DNA from: the human T2T-CHM13v2.0 reference genome, Homo sapiens
NCBI RefSeq assembly: GCF_009914755.1
Contig: NC_060932.1
DNA length: 64,000 nucleotides
Strand: one strand, 5' to 3'
Shown: positions 1-17,825 of the stretch, piece after piece
How the letters are laid out: every line of letters starts with the position of its first letter
Position numbering within the stretch: position 1 is the first letter of the stretch
Notes under the pieces: generated by a model
What the model was told of the DNA's origin: nothing
Databases searched by the model: none
Seen by the model: the letters and a program-made list of their open reading frames with translations, nothing else
Position numbers and translations under genes: made by a program

Positions 1-179
1 CCAACCCTAGTTCTTGTGTTGCTAGTATTAAACACTGTTAAGGACTTACTCCTAAATGTTCTTCATCTCCTCTGCATCACTAGCACATTGGATCATTCTC
101 AGTCGCATGTACAGTACTATACTGGATCATTCTCAACAGCATGTAATTGTGGCTTCTATCTTCCATTTTAAATAAACAA

Positions 180-790
180 ACAAAACTTTATAATATCCCC
201 ATCCTCTTTCAGCTGCTTTCCCATTTCTCTGCTTTCTTTAATAGAAAATCTATTAAATATATCTCCTGAGAGAAGTTTCTATACAATTGTCTCCAGTTTT
301 ATCGTCAGTCTTTCCTCTATTCCACTGTTTTTAAATCCAGGCTGCCATATCCAGTGGTAACTTTTATGGTTTCTTTCAAAAACCTTTCAGCAACATTTAT
401 TAAAGCTGACTATTCCTTCCTTCTTCAAGCACTGTTTTTTATTTTGTTGTTTTGTTTTTTGGCCTCCGATTCATCAGCCTAGTCTGGTTTTCTTTCTGGC
501 TTATTTGCTGCTCTCTTTTGGTATCTTTTGCTTTTGTTACTTGATAACCTAATGACTGAGGGCTGGAGTACCTTAGGAATTAGTCCTTAATGCTCTTGTC
601 CCTTCTTTCCACAATTTCTCACTAAATAACTTCATAAGTTTAAGTATTATTTTTAGCTTGATGCCCCTGAAATTTGTATATCCAGCCTCAACTTTTTTCT
701 GAGCTCTTAACCATTCTCTTCAAGTGCCTATTTAACTTCTGTACTTAGATATCTGGTAGGTTCCTTAACTTACTATGTCCAAAATATTGT
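180..790 (+). mobile_element. L2 relic
   Basis: cctttcagcaacatttattaaagctgactattccttccttctt (a DLSAAFD-like RT region) through ccagcctcaac...ttccttaacttactatgtccaaaa. Confidence 0.55.
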
Positions 791-3700
791 AAAATTATAA
801 AACCTTTTAATCTTCTGATTTAGAAAGTAAAAATGTAAAAAATAAGTATAAAATTTCACCTATATAAATTTTTCCTAGACAATTGATGTCATTGTAAATG
901 TACTTCTAATTTATTATAATAACCATATAAAAATATGTTTTAGAAATTGTTCAAAATAGAAGGTAAAAATCGTTGACATAAGAAATAGAGTGAACATTAG
1001 CAAAAATATAAAATCTTCTAATTTTTACACTACTTTTTATGCCAGTGATTTTACTTTGTATGCTACCATTTATTTCTAATAAAATGAGTTTTTCTATCTG
1101 GTTGTTATAATAAATTAGAAATACATTTGCTATGACAAATTTTTACTTTCAAAATAGAACTGTTTCTATTCCACTAAAAACAAATAACTGTACCCATGGC
1201 TAAAATTCTCATTACCCCGAATGTGAAAAAAGATAGACATGTAAAAGTAATGCAATTTTCTAACTGCTTATACGTAGAAGAAACAATTTTTCAAGATATG
1301 TTGTTTTATTCTAATTATATATAAGGAATCTCTTTGAATTCATTGTAAAAGAATGTATGCTTATCTGAGAAAGCATATATTACTTAGAAATTGTTTTTAC
1401 AATGCCATCAATCTTCTTCACTGATCTAAATCCACTGAAAGAGTTCATAGCATTCGTCATTAAGTAACACGTCCTTATCAAATCTAGCTTTGCTATGCCC
1501 TAGGAAGAAATAAATTGTCCATCAGTACAAGAATTTGAAGAGAACTTCTTATTATAGTTAAAAACAAATGAATGAATGAATGAATAAATGAATGAACAAA
1601 ACTGTCATTTGTCATTTCAGTGTATGCTGAAGGTTTATTTATAATATGATATTATTTTGAAGCCAGGAGATGTTTATTTCAAGTGTGCCATAACAATATT
1701 TACATTACATTTTAATCGCTTTACTCTGTTATGAATAACCTAGGGTTTGTTCAGAAAATAACCAGATGGCTCTAACTACTGCAAAATATAACTGAGTTCT
1801 CATTATTGCTACTGTCAATATACTTCTCACTTATTTTATCTTTGCTTCCATCTAGTTGGGAGTATAATTTCACTGGAAATATGCACTTCACTTAATATAG
1901 ATTTCACAAGCCGAGCTGGTGCATATGTAGTTTTCAACTGAAATATGGATGATTACTTGAAGTCAGAGATAAGTTGAATTACCATTGTGGTGACAAGAGC
2001 AAAAGAAAACACGCCGGTTTTCTTACTGCTTTGCTTGGTATAACAAAGAATAAATACACTGAAATCACTCTTAAGTTCTTATGTGTCCTTTATGTTCAGA
2101 AAATCGACTTTTTGGTATAAACTTGTTTATTTCAAGACCTTTCAAAGAAGAAAAATCTTGGATCTCATACAGTTGGATGAGTAATGATATCAGAAGCAGG
2201 AGACTTAGACTTAGTGTACCGTATTAAGAAAAGATATTAATCCCTTGTATTAGTTCCCTGAATCTTTCCTGCCTTATCTGTAAAACTGGCCTAGGAATAT
2301 TTCATCTGCTTTATTTAGAATCAGACAAAATATTAAATTTTTATTCTAACAATTATATTCATAATCCTATGAAAATACAATTCTGAAATGAAAAAACACA
2401 AGTACACTTTAATATGCTCTGTATAGGTTTTCTAAGCAGTAATTTTATATTTTTTGCCATGTGTCAGGAGACTTAGCAAGGTCATGGGCCAAATTTGGTA
2501 TTCACAGTTTCTCACATCCCTCTCTTTCAGCTTTATTGCCTTATATTTTTGTATTGGCTAAAAAATGACACTGTATTCTCCACTTCCCTATCTATAAGAA
2601 AATCAAGATGGGTAATGGGAATACTTAACCTGTGAGAAAAATCTCATCCAGAGTCAAATCAATTAGAAAATATTTGAAATGCAGATGGTAACCTAGAGGT
2701 GGATTTCACCCTGGAGAATTTTGCCCTTGATTGAGCCCTTGCTTTGTACATGATCCATCAATTTTATAAAGAATGTTCAACATCATTATTAGGCCCACAC
2801 TCTGCCAGCTACTCAGAAATGTGGCTATCTTTAGAATTTCATTATGTTACTAAGGATACATCTAATGATATGGCAAGTCAGGTTAAAGTTGATGGCAGCA
2901 TGACAGACACATTCTAAACAACCTAGGAAAGAAACAAAGCTGCTTAATGCATGGTATGGAAAAGAAACCTCAAAGCCAGTGTTGTAATATACTTCCAAGT
3001 ATATAGAAATCTCTTTTTTAAAAATGCATATGCATTTATTACACCAAATAATTATTGAGCCAGGTATTATGCTTGATGTTGGAGATATTAACAGAAACAA
3101 CACAGCCCTGCTTTCATAGATTCTTATGCTCCAGTATGCCTACAAAAGTTGTTGGCATTGTATCATATCATATCATATCATATACAGTCAATGATATAAT
3201 TTTTGTGGAATCAAAGGCTTGTTAGGTTGAAGACTATCAAAAGGATCTGTACAAGAAACTCATTTTACATCCAAAGATTACAGAAAATATGAGTTGATTT
3301 GAAATAGAATTCTAGTATATGGGGATGACCAGTATTAGTAAGTAAAAAAAAAAAAGAAATAAAAATTATGTAAAAATGGTTTCACATTACTTCTGACTGA
3401 CACTATACAGTATTTGTATGTTTTTAGTTTTACATTATTAGAAGATTTACCCATTCAATCAGATTCGTTAAATATTTACTAAGTACCAAGTACCAGGTAC
3501 CGTGCCAAGTTATGGGGACACAAATATCAACAGGATGATATCCTTACCCTTCAAGGAACACAGGCTAAGAGGAATAGTAGATGTGAACATAGTTTTAAAA
3601 TAATAACATGTGTATCAAAATCTGATGACTTTGTTATTGAAACTGAAAAAATTATTAAGCATGAAACAAGAAGCTAAAAGTAAATAAAATTATATAATTA

Positions 3701-4444
3701 AAATATGTATTGAGTAACATAATTGATATTATATTGATGTATGTCTCACAATAGTTATACAAAATCTATTTTAAAAATAAAATAATTTCTAAAAAATTAA
3801 AATGACATCTGTGTACAAAAAGCATCTTCTTTATATGAATTATCTGAATATTAAAATAACGTGCAAAATAATCATTTCTGTTACACATGTTCATTCTTTA
3901 ATTGGTTTCTTAGCCACATTTAATGCCCTTTTTACTATTTTTTCTAAAGAATGTGTTTTTTCAATATATTCTTATTTTTATTAGTATTGCCAGAAACATT
4001 TTTATATATTTTAAACTGTCGGTAGCTCGACTGATATCATCATAAGCCATACTATTTTTAATTGAGAAAATTTCCTCTTTGTAAGTGTTAGCTACCTGGT
4101 AAGCTCAGGTTTAATTCTTTGAAATGAAGAAAAATTTCAATTTTATTTTTATTTTCATTAAGCAGTACGTAAACATTTCAGCTCAAATATTTTCACATGT
4201 ACTGAATTTTAACTTCTTTTCAGAATACATTTTTGACACACTTTTATAATATGAAACTTGTCAAACAAGTTTTCTTAAATTATGTTTTGAAATATTTATC
4301 TACAAGCTGTATAATTATATACAAAATAAATTTTATATATAAAATTTTATTTATATATGATTTATATTAAATATACATTTTCTTAACTTTATTCTATCCC
4401 AGAATAAAGTAGAAGTTTAATCCAATTAAAAATAACTATCAAAA

Positions 4445-4746
4445 GGCCGGGAGCAGTGGCTCACGCCTGTAATCCCAGCACTATGGTGGACCGAGGCGGG
4501 CGGATCACGAGGTCAGGAAATCGAGACCATCCTGGCTAACATGGTGAAACCCCGTCTCTACTAAAAATACAAAAAAATTAGCCAGGCGTGGTGGCGGGCA
4601 CCTGTAGTCCCAGCTACTTGGGAGGCTGAGGCAGGAGAATGGCGTGAACCCAGGAGGTGGAACATGCCTGGAGCCAAGATCTCGCCACTGCACTCCAGCC
4701 TGAGCGACAGAGCGAGACTCCGTCCTCCCAAAAAAACCCCAAAAAC
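4445..4746 (+). mobile_element. Alu (AluY-like)
   Basis: ggccgggagcagtggctcacgcctgtaatcc...gatcacgaggtcaggaaatcgagaccatcctggctaac...gaatggcgtgaaccc; many CpGs retained. Confidence 0.93.
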
Positions 4747-4747
4747 C

Positions 4748-4945
4748 ATATATATACATATATATATATATATATATTTATATGTGTGTGTATATATATA
4801 TGTATATATATATATACACACACATATAAAAAATATATATATATATATACAGGGTCTTTATATATATAGTTTTTGTTTTTTATATATATAAATATATATA
4901 TTTTATATATGTATATATATTTTATATATATAAATATATATATAA
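4748..4945. repeat. (TA)n/(CA)n-rich low-complexity tract following the Alu tail
   Basis: About 200 bp of tatatata with tgtg/caca interruptions. Confidence 0.95.
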
Positions 4946-5759
4946 AGACCCTTTAACAAGTCAAGGCATACTAAAATACTAAAGTTTCAAATTTTAATAT
5001 TGTACAGTGTTTGAACTTTCATTCTTCTAAAGAAATCACACTTAAGTGTCTTCCTGTTTATTGTTTTCAATAATTGCTTTCAATTATTGTTATTGTTTCA
5101 ATTTCAGTTATTGTTTTCAATAATTGCTATTTACTTAAAATTGTAAAAACTGAAGATTTTTAGCACTGTACTAACTGAATATTTTAAGATATTCAGTGGA
5201 TTTTAATGAATAGCTATCAAAATGTAAACGTTTTATTTTCAAAATCATTCAATATCATAGTAGGGCATTTTAGTTTATTTGCAAAATAGTACTTCAAAAA
5301 CCCAAACCTTTCTAGGACTTATTGACAATGATCTGGAAAAAGAGAACATGGTACTGGCATACTATGTTCTTTTATTTATTTTTTGAATCAGCTTTACTTT
5401 GTCTCTCTCTCTCTCTCACACAACCACACCCACAACCCACAAACACACACCACTTAGTTCAATTATTTCAACTGCATATAAAAATATTTGTATATTTTAA
5501 CAACAGTTTTATTGTGATGGGTAATTATTACAATTTTATTGGTTGCAATTATGAATTTTGTGTATACAACAACCAATTCCTAGTACATTTCTGTTTTTTA
5601 ATTTTATAAGAGCTTTGCTTTTATTATAAGGTTATGTACCACCAAAATTTACATTTGTATTTTATCACAAAATAAATAATTTTATCTTTAATATTAAATT
5701 TTAATTTGTGGCCTTTGCTCACTTTAAATATTTAAAAGATAATTTTTTTGCTTAAAGTT

Positions 5760-6720
5760 TTTTTAAAAGGGTTGTGATGTTTATAACATATGTAAAAGTA
5801 AGATAAATGAAAACATGCCCCAAAGAACTGAAGAAGGAAATGGAAATACACTATTAGAGGGTTCTTACATTATATGTGAGGTGGTATAATATTATTTAAT
5901 GATAGGTTTGTCTATTTGACATAATGACAGGTTTTCATAAGCCAAAGATACACGTTACAAGAGTTAGAGCAAATGCTTTCTTTCCTCCCAAAAGAGGTAT
6001 AGCTAATAAGCTAATAGAAGAGAAAAAAATGATGGTAAGAAAAAAGTAACAATTAACAGGTGGATTCAATAAAAAAAATAGCAATATGGTAGACAAACTT
6101 TAACCAAGTGAATAATTATATTAAATATAAGTAGTCTAATGGTTAAAAGACTCCAACTAAGGGAGAGAGATTTTCAAACAATAAAAAATCAAGATGCAAC
6201 CATAAGCTATTTACTAGTAGTCTACTTTAAATATAAAGACACTGATAACTTAAAAGTAAAAAGATGCTAAAAGGCATCATATGATATATATATAGAAAAA
6301 GTAAACTTTAACACAAGGAAAATTACCAGAGAAAAAGAGACAGATTTCATATCAATAAAAGGGTCAAAAAAGGGTCAAAAAAAACCCATAGCATCCAAAA
6401 TGTATGCAGCTCATAACATATCTTCAAAACACATGAGGCAAAAAATAAAAGTAAGAGATAAAAAGAATAAATAGACAAATGTGAAACTGCAGTGGGGCAT
6501 TTTAACACTTTTCTTGAGTAGTTGATAAAATAAGTGAAGTAATGATATTGAATAATTAACACTATCAACAAAATTGATATTTATAAAACACTTCAAAAAC
6601 AATGGTAATATACTTTTTTTTAGGTAGGTGCACAAGGTATTTTTTTTAAAAAAACATGTTGGGCTATGGTTTTCTCAGTAAAACAAGTCTCAGTAAATTT
6701 AAAACTAATAAAATATTAAT
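5760..6720 (+). mobile_element. Ancient L1 (L1ME-like) inter-ORF/endonuclease fragment
   Basis: A-rich degenerate ORF2 endonuclease-like sequence (ctatttactagtagtctactttaaatataaagacac ... gcagtggggcattttaacac). Confidence 0.55.
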
Positions 6721-7570
6721 TTTTAACTGAATGTATAATATATGTTTATCTTTAACACAATCAACTTTCAAAGACTTTATTTTGACTTCATGAAATGAAT
6801 ACAAAAATAAAACTTGCATTGGAATTTAAGTATTTGAGGCAATCAATGTTACTGATTATTTGAAGCAATTGATGTGACTCACATAAAAATAGATTTATTC
6901 AACTATTTGTGAAGTTCTGCTAAGGGAGCTGGCATATTAACACTCTTCATACTTTCTCAGAAGAGAATTTAGAATACAAAGTGATGAAATTCGTATAGTA
7001 TTCATCTGACCTAAATACAAGGTCCTGCTTTTTAAAACATATTTGTGTCTTCTGGTTTTCACATCATCAGTGATAACACTATGGTCCTCATGTACATTAA
7101 CTAATACACTGTATGCAAGTTGCAAGTTCATCACCACTTTTTAAAAAAATTTTAATTGAGTTTTTTTGTAATTAGTGTGCAGATATTATTAGCAGTTTAT
7201 ACATACTCCTTAATATAAGTACTAAAAATTTAAAAATCATGTAGCCAATCCAAACATCTATTCTAATGATTTATCATCTTAAAGATTGTAGGCAATTTAT
7301 TCATTAAAAAAAACCAAGTAATAATATCTTAAAATAACTAGTTATACACTCTTAGGTCTAAAGTCCCAACATATACCAGGATTTAAACACAGTAAACCAG
7401 GATTCAAACACAGTAAATTCTCAATCAAAATATCCCATTCTTCATAACATGCTAGCAAGTAATTAGGAAAAAAAAACCTGTTACTAACAAAGATGTCGTG
7501 ATGCCAGTGATAAATTGAATACCAAGGAGCACTTTAATTTAGGAAATAATTCCAATAAAAAGAACATGAC

Positions 7571-9720
7571 AAGTGACATCAGCACAATGGCAAAGTAGAA
7601 AGTCCTGTACACTCTACCCCAAAAAAACACAAATTCAGGAACAAATCATCGACAAATTTCCTTTATGAGAAATCCAGAAACTAAGTGAAAGGCTCCTGCA
7701 GCCCAGGTGAATGTGAAACCAGACTGACCAAAACTAGCAGAGAGATCCAGAACACCCTCTCGCCAGACTCCTCACCACTGGCACAGTGACATATAATCAG
7801 GAAGCGATTCACTCCTAGCTCCCAGCTTCTCCCAGAGGAGAAAGGCCTTGGTTTGCACATGTAGCACCCCAACCATTCCAAGAGGACTCCACAAAGGTCT
7901 GGCTTCTGTCTTGCCAGTCTTGGATCTCTGATGGGACCAGCGCAGTACACCAGCTGGGGAAAACAGAGATGGAAGCTAGGGGCAATTGATGCCCCTAGCT
8001 TCAAGCTTCCCTGCTGCTCAGATGTCCCAAGTCTTCTTTGCTGCTCAGCATAACATGAGCAACAACAGCAACCACAAAAAAACAACAAATAAACAAACAA
8101 AATCAGCTCTCAGCTTCTCTCTGAGAAGAAAAAGAGTTGATCTAAGCATCCAATGCCCCAACTTTGCCGGGATTGCCTAAAGAACTGGCAACTATTTGCC
8201 AGTCTTAGAACTCTAACTGGTCTGCCACAAATAAGGGATAATGGAAATAGTGGTTTGGACTGGTAGTGTCATAGTTTCCCCCAGTGGGTCAGCACAGAGC
8301 AAATACACAAAAAGCACAGTTAATGCGGTACAGTGGCTCACACCTATAATCCTAGCACTTTGAATATTTGAAAGGCCGAGTTCAGGAGTTTGAGACCAGC
8401 CTGAACATCATGGCAAAACCACAACCCTACAAAAAGTACAAAAATTAGCCAGCAGAGTGGTGCATGTCTGTAGTCTCAGCTACTCAGAAGGCTGAGGCAG
8501 AAGGATCAGTTTGAGCCTGGGAGGTTCAGACTGCCGTGAGCTGTAAGCATGCCGCTGCACTCCAGCCTGGATGACAGAGCAAGACTCTGCCTCAAAAAAA
8601 CAAACCAACAAAAATCCAGCTGTCTGTTTCTCCTTGTAAAGGGAAAGAGTTGTTGGTAGAGACTCTAGAATCTCTGGCCAGGCTGGTTGATGGTGGTCTT
8701 CTCTGGTACAAGCAGAGTCTGGGAAGACGGGATGCAGTGTGTATAATTGGATAATACACATATGCCAATGCAGAGCATCAAGGAAAATTAAGAATCAGAA
8801 AAAAATAATTCAAACAAAGGAATAAGATAAATCTCCAGACAGCAGCCTTAATAAAATGAAGCTATATAATTTATCTGACAGACAAATAAAAATAACTATC
8901 ATAAAGATGCTCAGAAAGCTCAAGAGAATCATGCATGAACAAAATGAGAATTCCAACAAACAGATAGAAAATATAAGAAAGTACCAAACAGAAATCATGC
9001 GGCTGAAGAACACAATAACTAAAGTGAAAAATAACTAGCGAGGTCCAGCAGCAGACTAGATCAAGCTAATAAAAGGACCAGCAACTCAAGGACACATCAT
9101 TAAAAATAATTCAGTCAAAAGAGCAAAAAGAACAAAATAATGAAAAAAGTGAAGAAACCTTAAGGCTCACAATTTAGGGACCAATATTTACATTATGAGA
9201 GTGTCAGAAGGATAAGAGAAAAAGAAAAACAGGACAGTTTACTCAAATAAATAATAGCTAAAATTTTCCCAAACCTGGAGAATGAAATGAACATCCAGAC
9301 CCAAGAAGTCCAAAGAACACCAAATAAGAGTAACCTAAATAAATCCATACTGAGACACATTACAAGCAAATTGTCAATAGTCATCAAAGACAAAGAAAAC
9401 ATTTTGAAAGCAGAAAGAGAAGAACAACTTGTCACATATAAGGGAAGCTCCATAAGAGTAGCTATTTCAGCAGAAACTTTGCAGACCATAAAGGAGAGTG
9501 ATGGTATATTTAAAATGTGGAAAGAAAAAATAGCCTGCCACCATACACGGTCAAACTGTCTTTCAAAAATGAAGGTTGGAAAAAGACTCCCAAACAAAAG
9601 CTGAAGGAGCTCATCACCATTAGACATGCCTTAGGAGAAATGCCAAGAAAGTTCTTCAATTTGAAATGAAAGGATTCTACACAGCAAACGTACAACACAA
9701 GAATATATAAAACTCAGTTG
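7571..9720 (+). mobile_element. Old L1 (L1MB/late L1MA-like), 5'UTR and ORF1 portion
   Basis: Starts with the L1M-type gtgacatcagcacaatggc. ORFs 8856-9038 and 9287-9604 (MNIQTQEVQRTP...RHITSKLS...KENILKAEREEQLVTYKG) resemble L1 ORF1p. Confidence 0.8.
8325..8610 (+). mobile_element. Alu (AluJ-like, diverged) inside the L1 5'UTR
   Basis: cagtggctcacacctataatcctagcactttg...gtttgagaccagcctg...gactctgcctcaaaaaaa. Confidence 0.85.
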
Positions 9721-12700
9721 GGACTTTGCATTAGAAGTCCGTGTTGATCCTACCACAATGTAACACAGCATTGGGCAGAATTCCAAAGCCCTTGACTCCG
9801 AGCCAATACCCACAGAGGGAATACTTATTCTTACACCAGGCAAGATAGAAATCTGTAGCCACAGCCACGGCAGAAGGGCTTAAGCCCTAGCTGACTGAAA
9901 TGGTCTTGGGCCTCAAATAAATTTCAGTGGCAGCAATTCTGTAGTGACCATGGTCTTTGGGTGAGCCCCAGTGCTGCAATGACCTGGAAGGCTGTGGGCT
10001 TATGATGCAACCCAGTGTGACATCAGCTGCGGGGGCCACAGAAGTGCCTATGTCACCCCTCCCCTAACACAGTTACCCCTCCCCTAGCACAGTGCAGAGA
10101 CAAACAGAGAGACATCTTCCACTTGAGGGAAGGAGAGGGAAGAGTACGGGGGACTTTGCCTTGGAAACTAGTACAGTGCCACCACAGCACAACACAGCAT
10201 GCGGCAGATCCCCAAAGCCCCTGATTTCAGGCCACTGCTCCCATCAATTCTTCTAGATCCACCCCATGCTAGAAGGAAATCTGCTACCCTGGCAGGATGG
10301 AACAAACCCAAATCTGAGCTGGCTTCACTACCAGCTGCTTAAAGAGGCCTGAGGCTATCAATAAACATCAGCAGCAGTCAGGCCATGATTATGGGCATTG
10401 GGTGAGCCTCAGTGCTGTGCTGGTCTGGAAGGTTGCAGGCTTTGGGTGCCAGTTACAACAGCCACAGGAATGGCCATGTAACCCCTTCCCAAACTCCAGG
10501 CAGCTGAGTATGAAGAGACTCCTGTTTGAGGTAAAGAGACGAAAGTGAGTGAAGGATCATCCTGGCAACCCAAGAAATTTTCCATGATCTCCCAAAAGTC
10601 CATCAGAAATAAGTACATAGAAGTCCACTAGATGGTTGCAGTGCAGTTGGACTTAGAATACTCTCTAGTACTAAAACAGCTGCAGTGACTACAAGCTTGG
10701 GGAACTCAATAATAAATCCTATTTGAATTTTTGAAATGTTCTCTGAAGAAGGATGGGTACTAACAAGGCCAGATTGTGAAAACTGGAATAAATAACTAAC
10801 TCTGAAATGCCCAGACATTGATTGACACATGTCCACAAGCCTCAAGAACATTCAAGAAAATATGATCTAAGCAAACAGACTAACTAAGGCGCCAGTGATT
10901 AACCTTGGAGTGCCCGAGATATGCAACCTTTTGGTGCATTCAAAATAGCTAATTTGAGGAAGCTCAGTGAACTTCAAGAAACTCAGATAATCAGTTTAGA
11001 AGTTTATTAGATAAATTATATATATAAATATAAATAATTTAAAAAATCAAACAGAAACCTAGAGATGAAAAATACAATTGATGAACTGATGAATGCAAAA
11101 ATGCATTAGAGTGTCTCAACAGCAGAATTGATTAAGCAGAAGAAAGAATTCATGACATGGAAGATAGGTTATTTGAAAATACACAGTCAAAGGATTAAGA
11201 AGAATAAAGAAGGCTTACGAGATTTAGAAAATGGCTTCAAGAAGGCAAATCTAAGTGTCATTGGACTTAAAGAAGGAGTGAGAGGTAGGGATACAAAATA
11301 TATTCAAAGAAATGATAACAGAGAACATTCCAAATTTAGAGAAAAATATGAATATCCAGGTATAAAAAGGTCAAAGATCACAAAGCAGAGTCAATCAAAA
11401 TAACACTATCCCAGGGCATTTAATAATCAAACTCTCAAATGTCAAGGACAAAGAGGATTCTACAAACAGCAAAAGCAAAGCAAATAACATATCAATGAGC
11501 TATGATACATTTGGCAGTAGACTTCTCAGCAAGCTATGAGAGAGTGTCATGGAATATTCAAAGTGCTAAAGGCAAAAAAATTTCTAACCAAGAATATAGT
11601 AGTGAGAAAAACTGCCTTTCAAACATGAAGGAGAAATAAAAACTTTCACAAACAAAGTTAAGAGTCTTCATCATCATAACTGTTTTACAAGAAATGCTAA
11701 TAAGAGTCCTTCCATCTGAAAAAAAAAGGATGTTAATATACAGCAAGAAATCATCTGAAAGTATAAAACTCACTGGTAAAATTAAGTTCACAGACAAATT
11801 CAGAATATTCTAATACTGTAATTGTGGTGTGTAACACTTGTGTCTTTAGTCTGAAGAAGAAAAGACACATCTATCAAAAATAACAACTATAACAGTTTCT
11901 TAGGAGATAGACAATATGGAAAGATATAAGTTGATACAACAAAAAGCCTAAATATGGGGAGGAGTATGAAATCAAAATGCAGGGCTTTATAGATATTTCT
12001 TTGTTTGTTTCTGTGCTTTTCTCTGCCACTAACCTTAAGTAGCCATTAGTTTAAAATAACTTGTACAACTAAAAGATTTTCTTTGTAAGCCATACAGTAA
12101 TCACAAAACATAGACTTATAATAGAGAAAGTAAAAATAAAAAGCAAGGGATTCAAACATACTAACTTTGTGGTTAAGAAAATCACTTAACCACAAAGGAA
12201 GTGAAGAAGAAAGAAAAAGAGGAGTTATAAAATAACCAGAAAAAAAAGTAACAAAATGACATTTGTAAGTCCTTATCTATCAATAATGGCATTGAATGTA
12301 AATTGACTCAATTTTCAATTGAAAAACAAAGTGGCTGAATGAACGAAAAAATAAGACCCAAATATATGCTGCTTACAAGGAACATACTCATCTATAAGGA
12401 CATGCATATACTGAATGTGAAGGAATGAAACATGTATTTTATGCAAACGGAAACCAAAAAAAGAGCAAGAGTAGCTATACTTAGATAAAATAGATGGCAA
12501 GTCAAAAAACTGAAAAGATACAAAGGAATTCATTATGTAATAATGAAGGGGTCCATTTATCAAGAGGATATAACAATCATAAATATATATATATGTACCC
12601 AATATCAAAGCATCCAAATATTTACAGCAGATATTAATACAGCTAAAGGGAGAGAGAAAGAACAGTACAATAATAGTGGGGGACTTCAACACTCCACAAT

Positions 12701-13067
12701 CAGCAATAGATAGATCATCCAGACAGAAAATCAGCAAAGAAACATTGGAATAAAACTACACTGCACACCAAATGGACCTACTTGACATTTACAAAAGATT
12801 GTATCCAGCTGCTGCAGAGTATACATACTTCTCATTAGCACCAGGAACATTCTCTGAGATAGAGCATAGGTTATGCCACAAAACAAGTCTTGACAAATTC
12901 CACAATATTTGAATCATCTTTTCTGACTATAATGGAATAAAACCAGAAATCAAAGACAAAAGAAACATTAGAAATTGTACAAATAACATGGAAATTAAAT
13001 GACATGCTCCTGAACAACCAATGGGTCAGTGAAGAAATTAAGAAGGAAATTAAAAGATTTCTTGAAA

Positions 13068-16191
<3,124 letters not shown>

Positions 16192-17825
16192 AAAAGATTT
16201 CTTGAAAAAAGGAAATGTAAACAAAACACCCCAAATAAAACCTAAAATATACAACAACAGCAGTACTAATTTATAGCAGGAAACACCTATACAAAGAAGT
16301 AGAACGTCTTCAAATTAACAATCTGATGCTCCTCAAAGAACTAGAAAACAATGACAAATCAAACCCCAAATTAGTAGAAGGAAAGAAATTATAAAGATCA
16401 GAACAGGAAAAAAAATTGAGAGTGAAAAAAGATACAAAGGATAAAATGAAAACTCTCTTTTTGAAAAGATAAACTAAATTAACAATTTTTTCTTAGCTAG
16501 ATTAAGAGAAAAGAGAGAAGCCTCAGGTAAAAATCACAGCCAAAAAATGAGACATTAAAACTGATACCACAGAAACACAAGGAATTATTAGAGACTATTA
16601 TGAAGAAGAATATACAAACCAATGGGAAAACTTAGAAGTACATGAATTTCTAGACACATAAATCTACCAAAATTGATCCATGAAGAAATAGAAAACTTGA
16701 GCAGACCAATAACAAGTAATGAGTTCAAAGTAGTAAAAAAAAAAAGTCCCCCATCAATAAAAAACTCAGAAACGAATGGATTCACTGATGAATTCTACCA
16801 AACATTTAGAGAAGACCTAATACCAATTCTAATCACACTATTTCAAAAAACTGAAAAGGAAGTACCCTTCCAAACTCATTCTATGAGGCCAATTTACTCT
16901 GATACCAAAACCAAAGACACAGCATGAAAAGAAAACAAAGAGCCTCAACCAAATACTAGCAAATTGAACACAATAACACATTAAAAAGATCATTTACTGT
17001 GATCAAGTGGGATACATCCCTGGGATGCAACTATCATTCAACATATTCAAATCAGTGAACAGGATACATCTCATTAGCAGAATCATGGACATAAACTATA
17101 TGAAGCATTGCAACAAATGCTAAAAAAAAAGCAGTCAACAAAATTCAGCATCCCTTAATGATAACAACTCTCAACAAACTGGTTATGGAAGGAATATATC
17201 TAAAAATAACAAAGGCCATATACAACAAACCCACAGCTAACATCATCCTAAACAGGGAAATGTCGACAGCCTTTTTTCTAAGATCTGGAACAAGACAAGG
17301 CCAAGAATGACCACTTTTATAACTTTTATTCATCATAGTACTAAAAGTCCTGCCCAGATCAATTAAATGAGAGAAAGAAACAAAAAGGCATCGAAATTAG
17401 GAAGAAGTAATATTGTCCTTGTGTGCAGATGACATGATCTTATATTTAGAGAAACCTAAAAGATTCAACCAAAATGTTGTTAGAACTTATAAATAAACTC
17501 AGTAATGTGGCAGGATACAAAATCAACATACAAAACTCAGTAGCATTTTTATATACGAATAACAAACCATCTGAAAAAAAATCATGAAATAAATCCCATT
17601 TACAATAGCTACAAAATATATAAAATACCTAGAAATAAATTTAACTAAAGGAGTGAAATCTCTCTACAATGAAATTTATAAAACACTATTAAAACAATAG
17701 GACACAAGAAAAATGGAAAGACATTTAAGTGTTCATAGATTGGAAGAATTAATATTTTTATAAGGTCCTTACTACCCAAAGTCATTTACAAATTCAGAGT
17801 AATTTCTTCCAAAGTACCAATGCCA

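Noticed and set aside
1700-2150. Repeat-free stretch as a possible conserved enhancer (similarly about 34400-34800)
   Set aside because: Conservation and chromatin state cannot be judged from a single sequence, and there is no distinctive motif cluster.
4505-4891. Overlapping ORFs with YI/HT repeats and [12 protein letters not shown]
   Set aside because: Translations of an Alu and a (TA)n microsatellite. The same applies to the Alu-derived ORFs at 8480, 24299, 31100, 50063, 50638-51043 and 55543.
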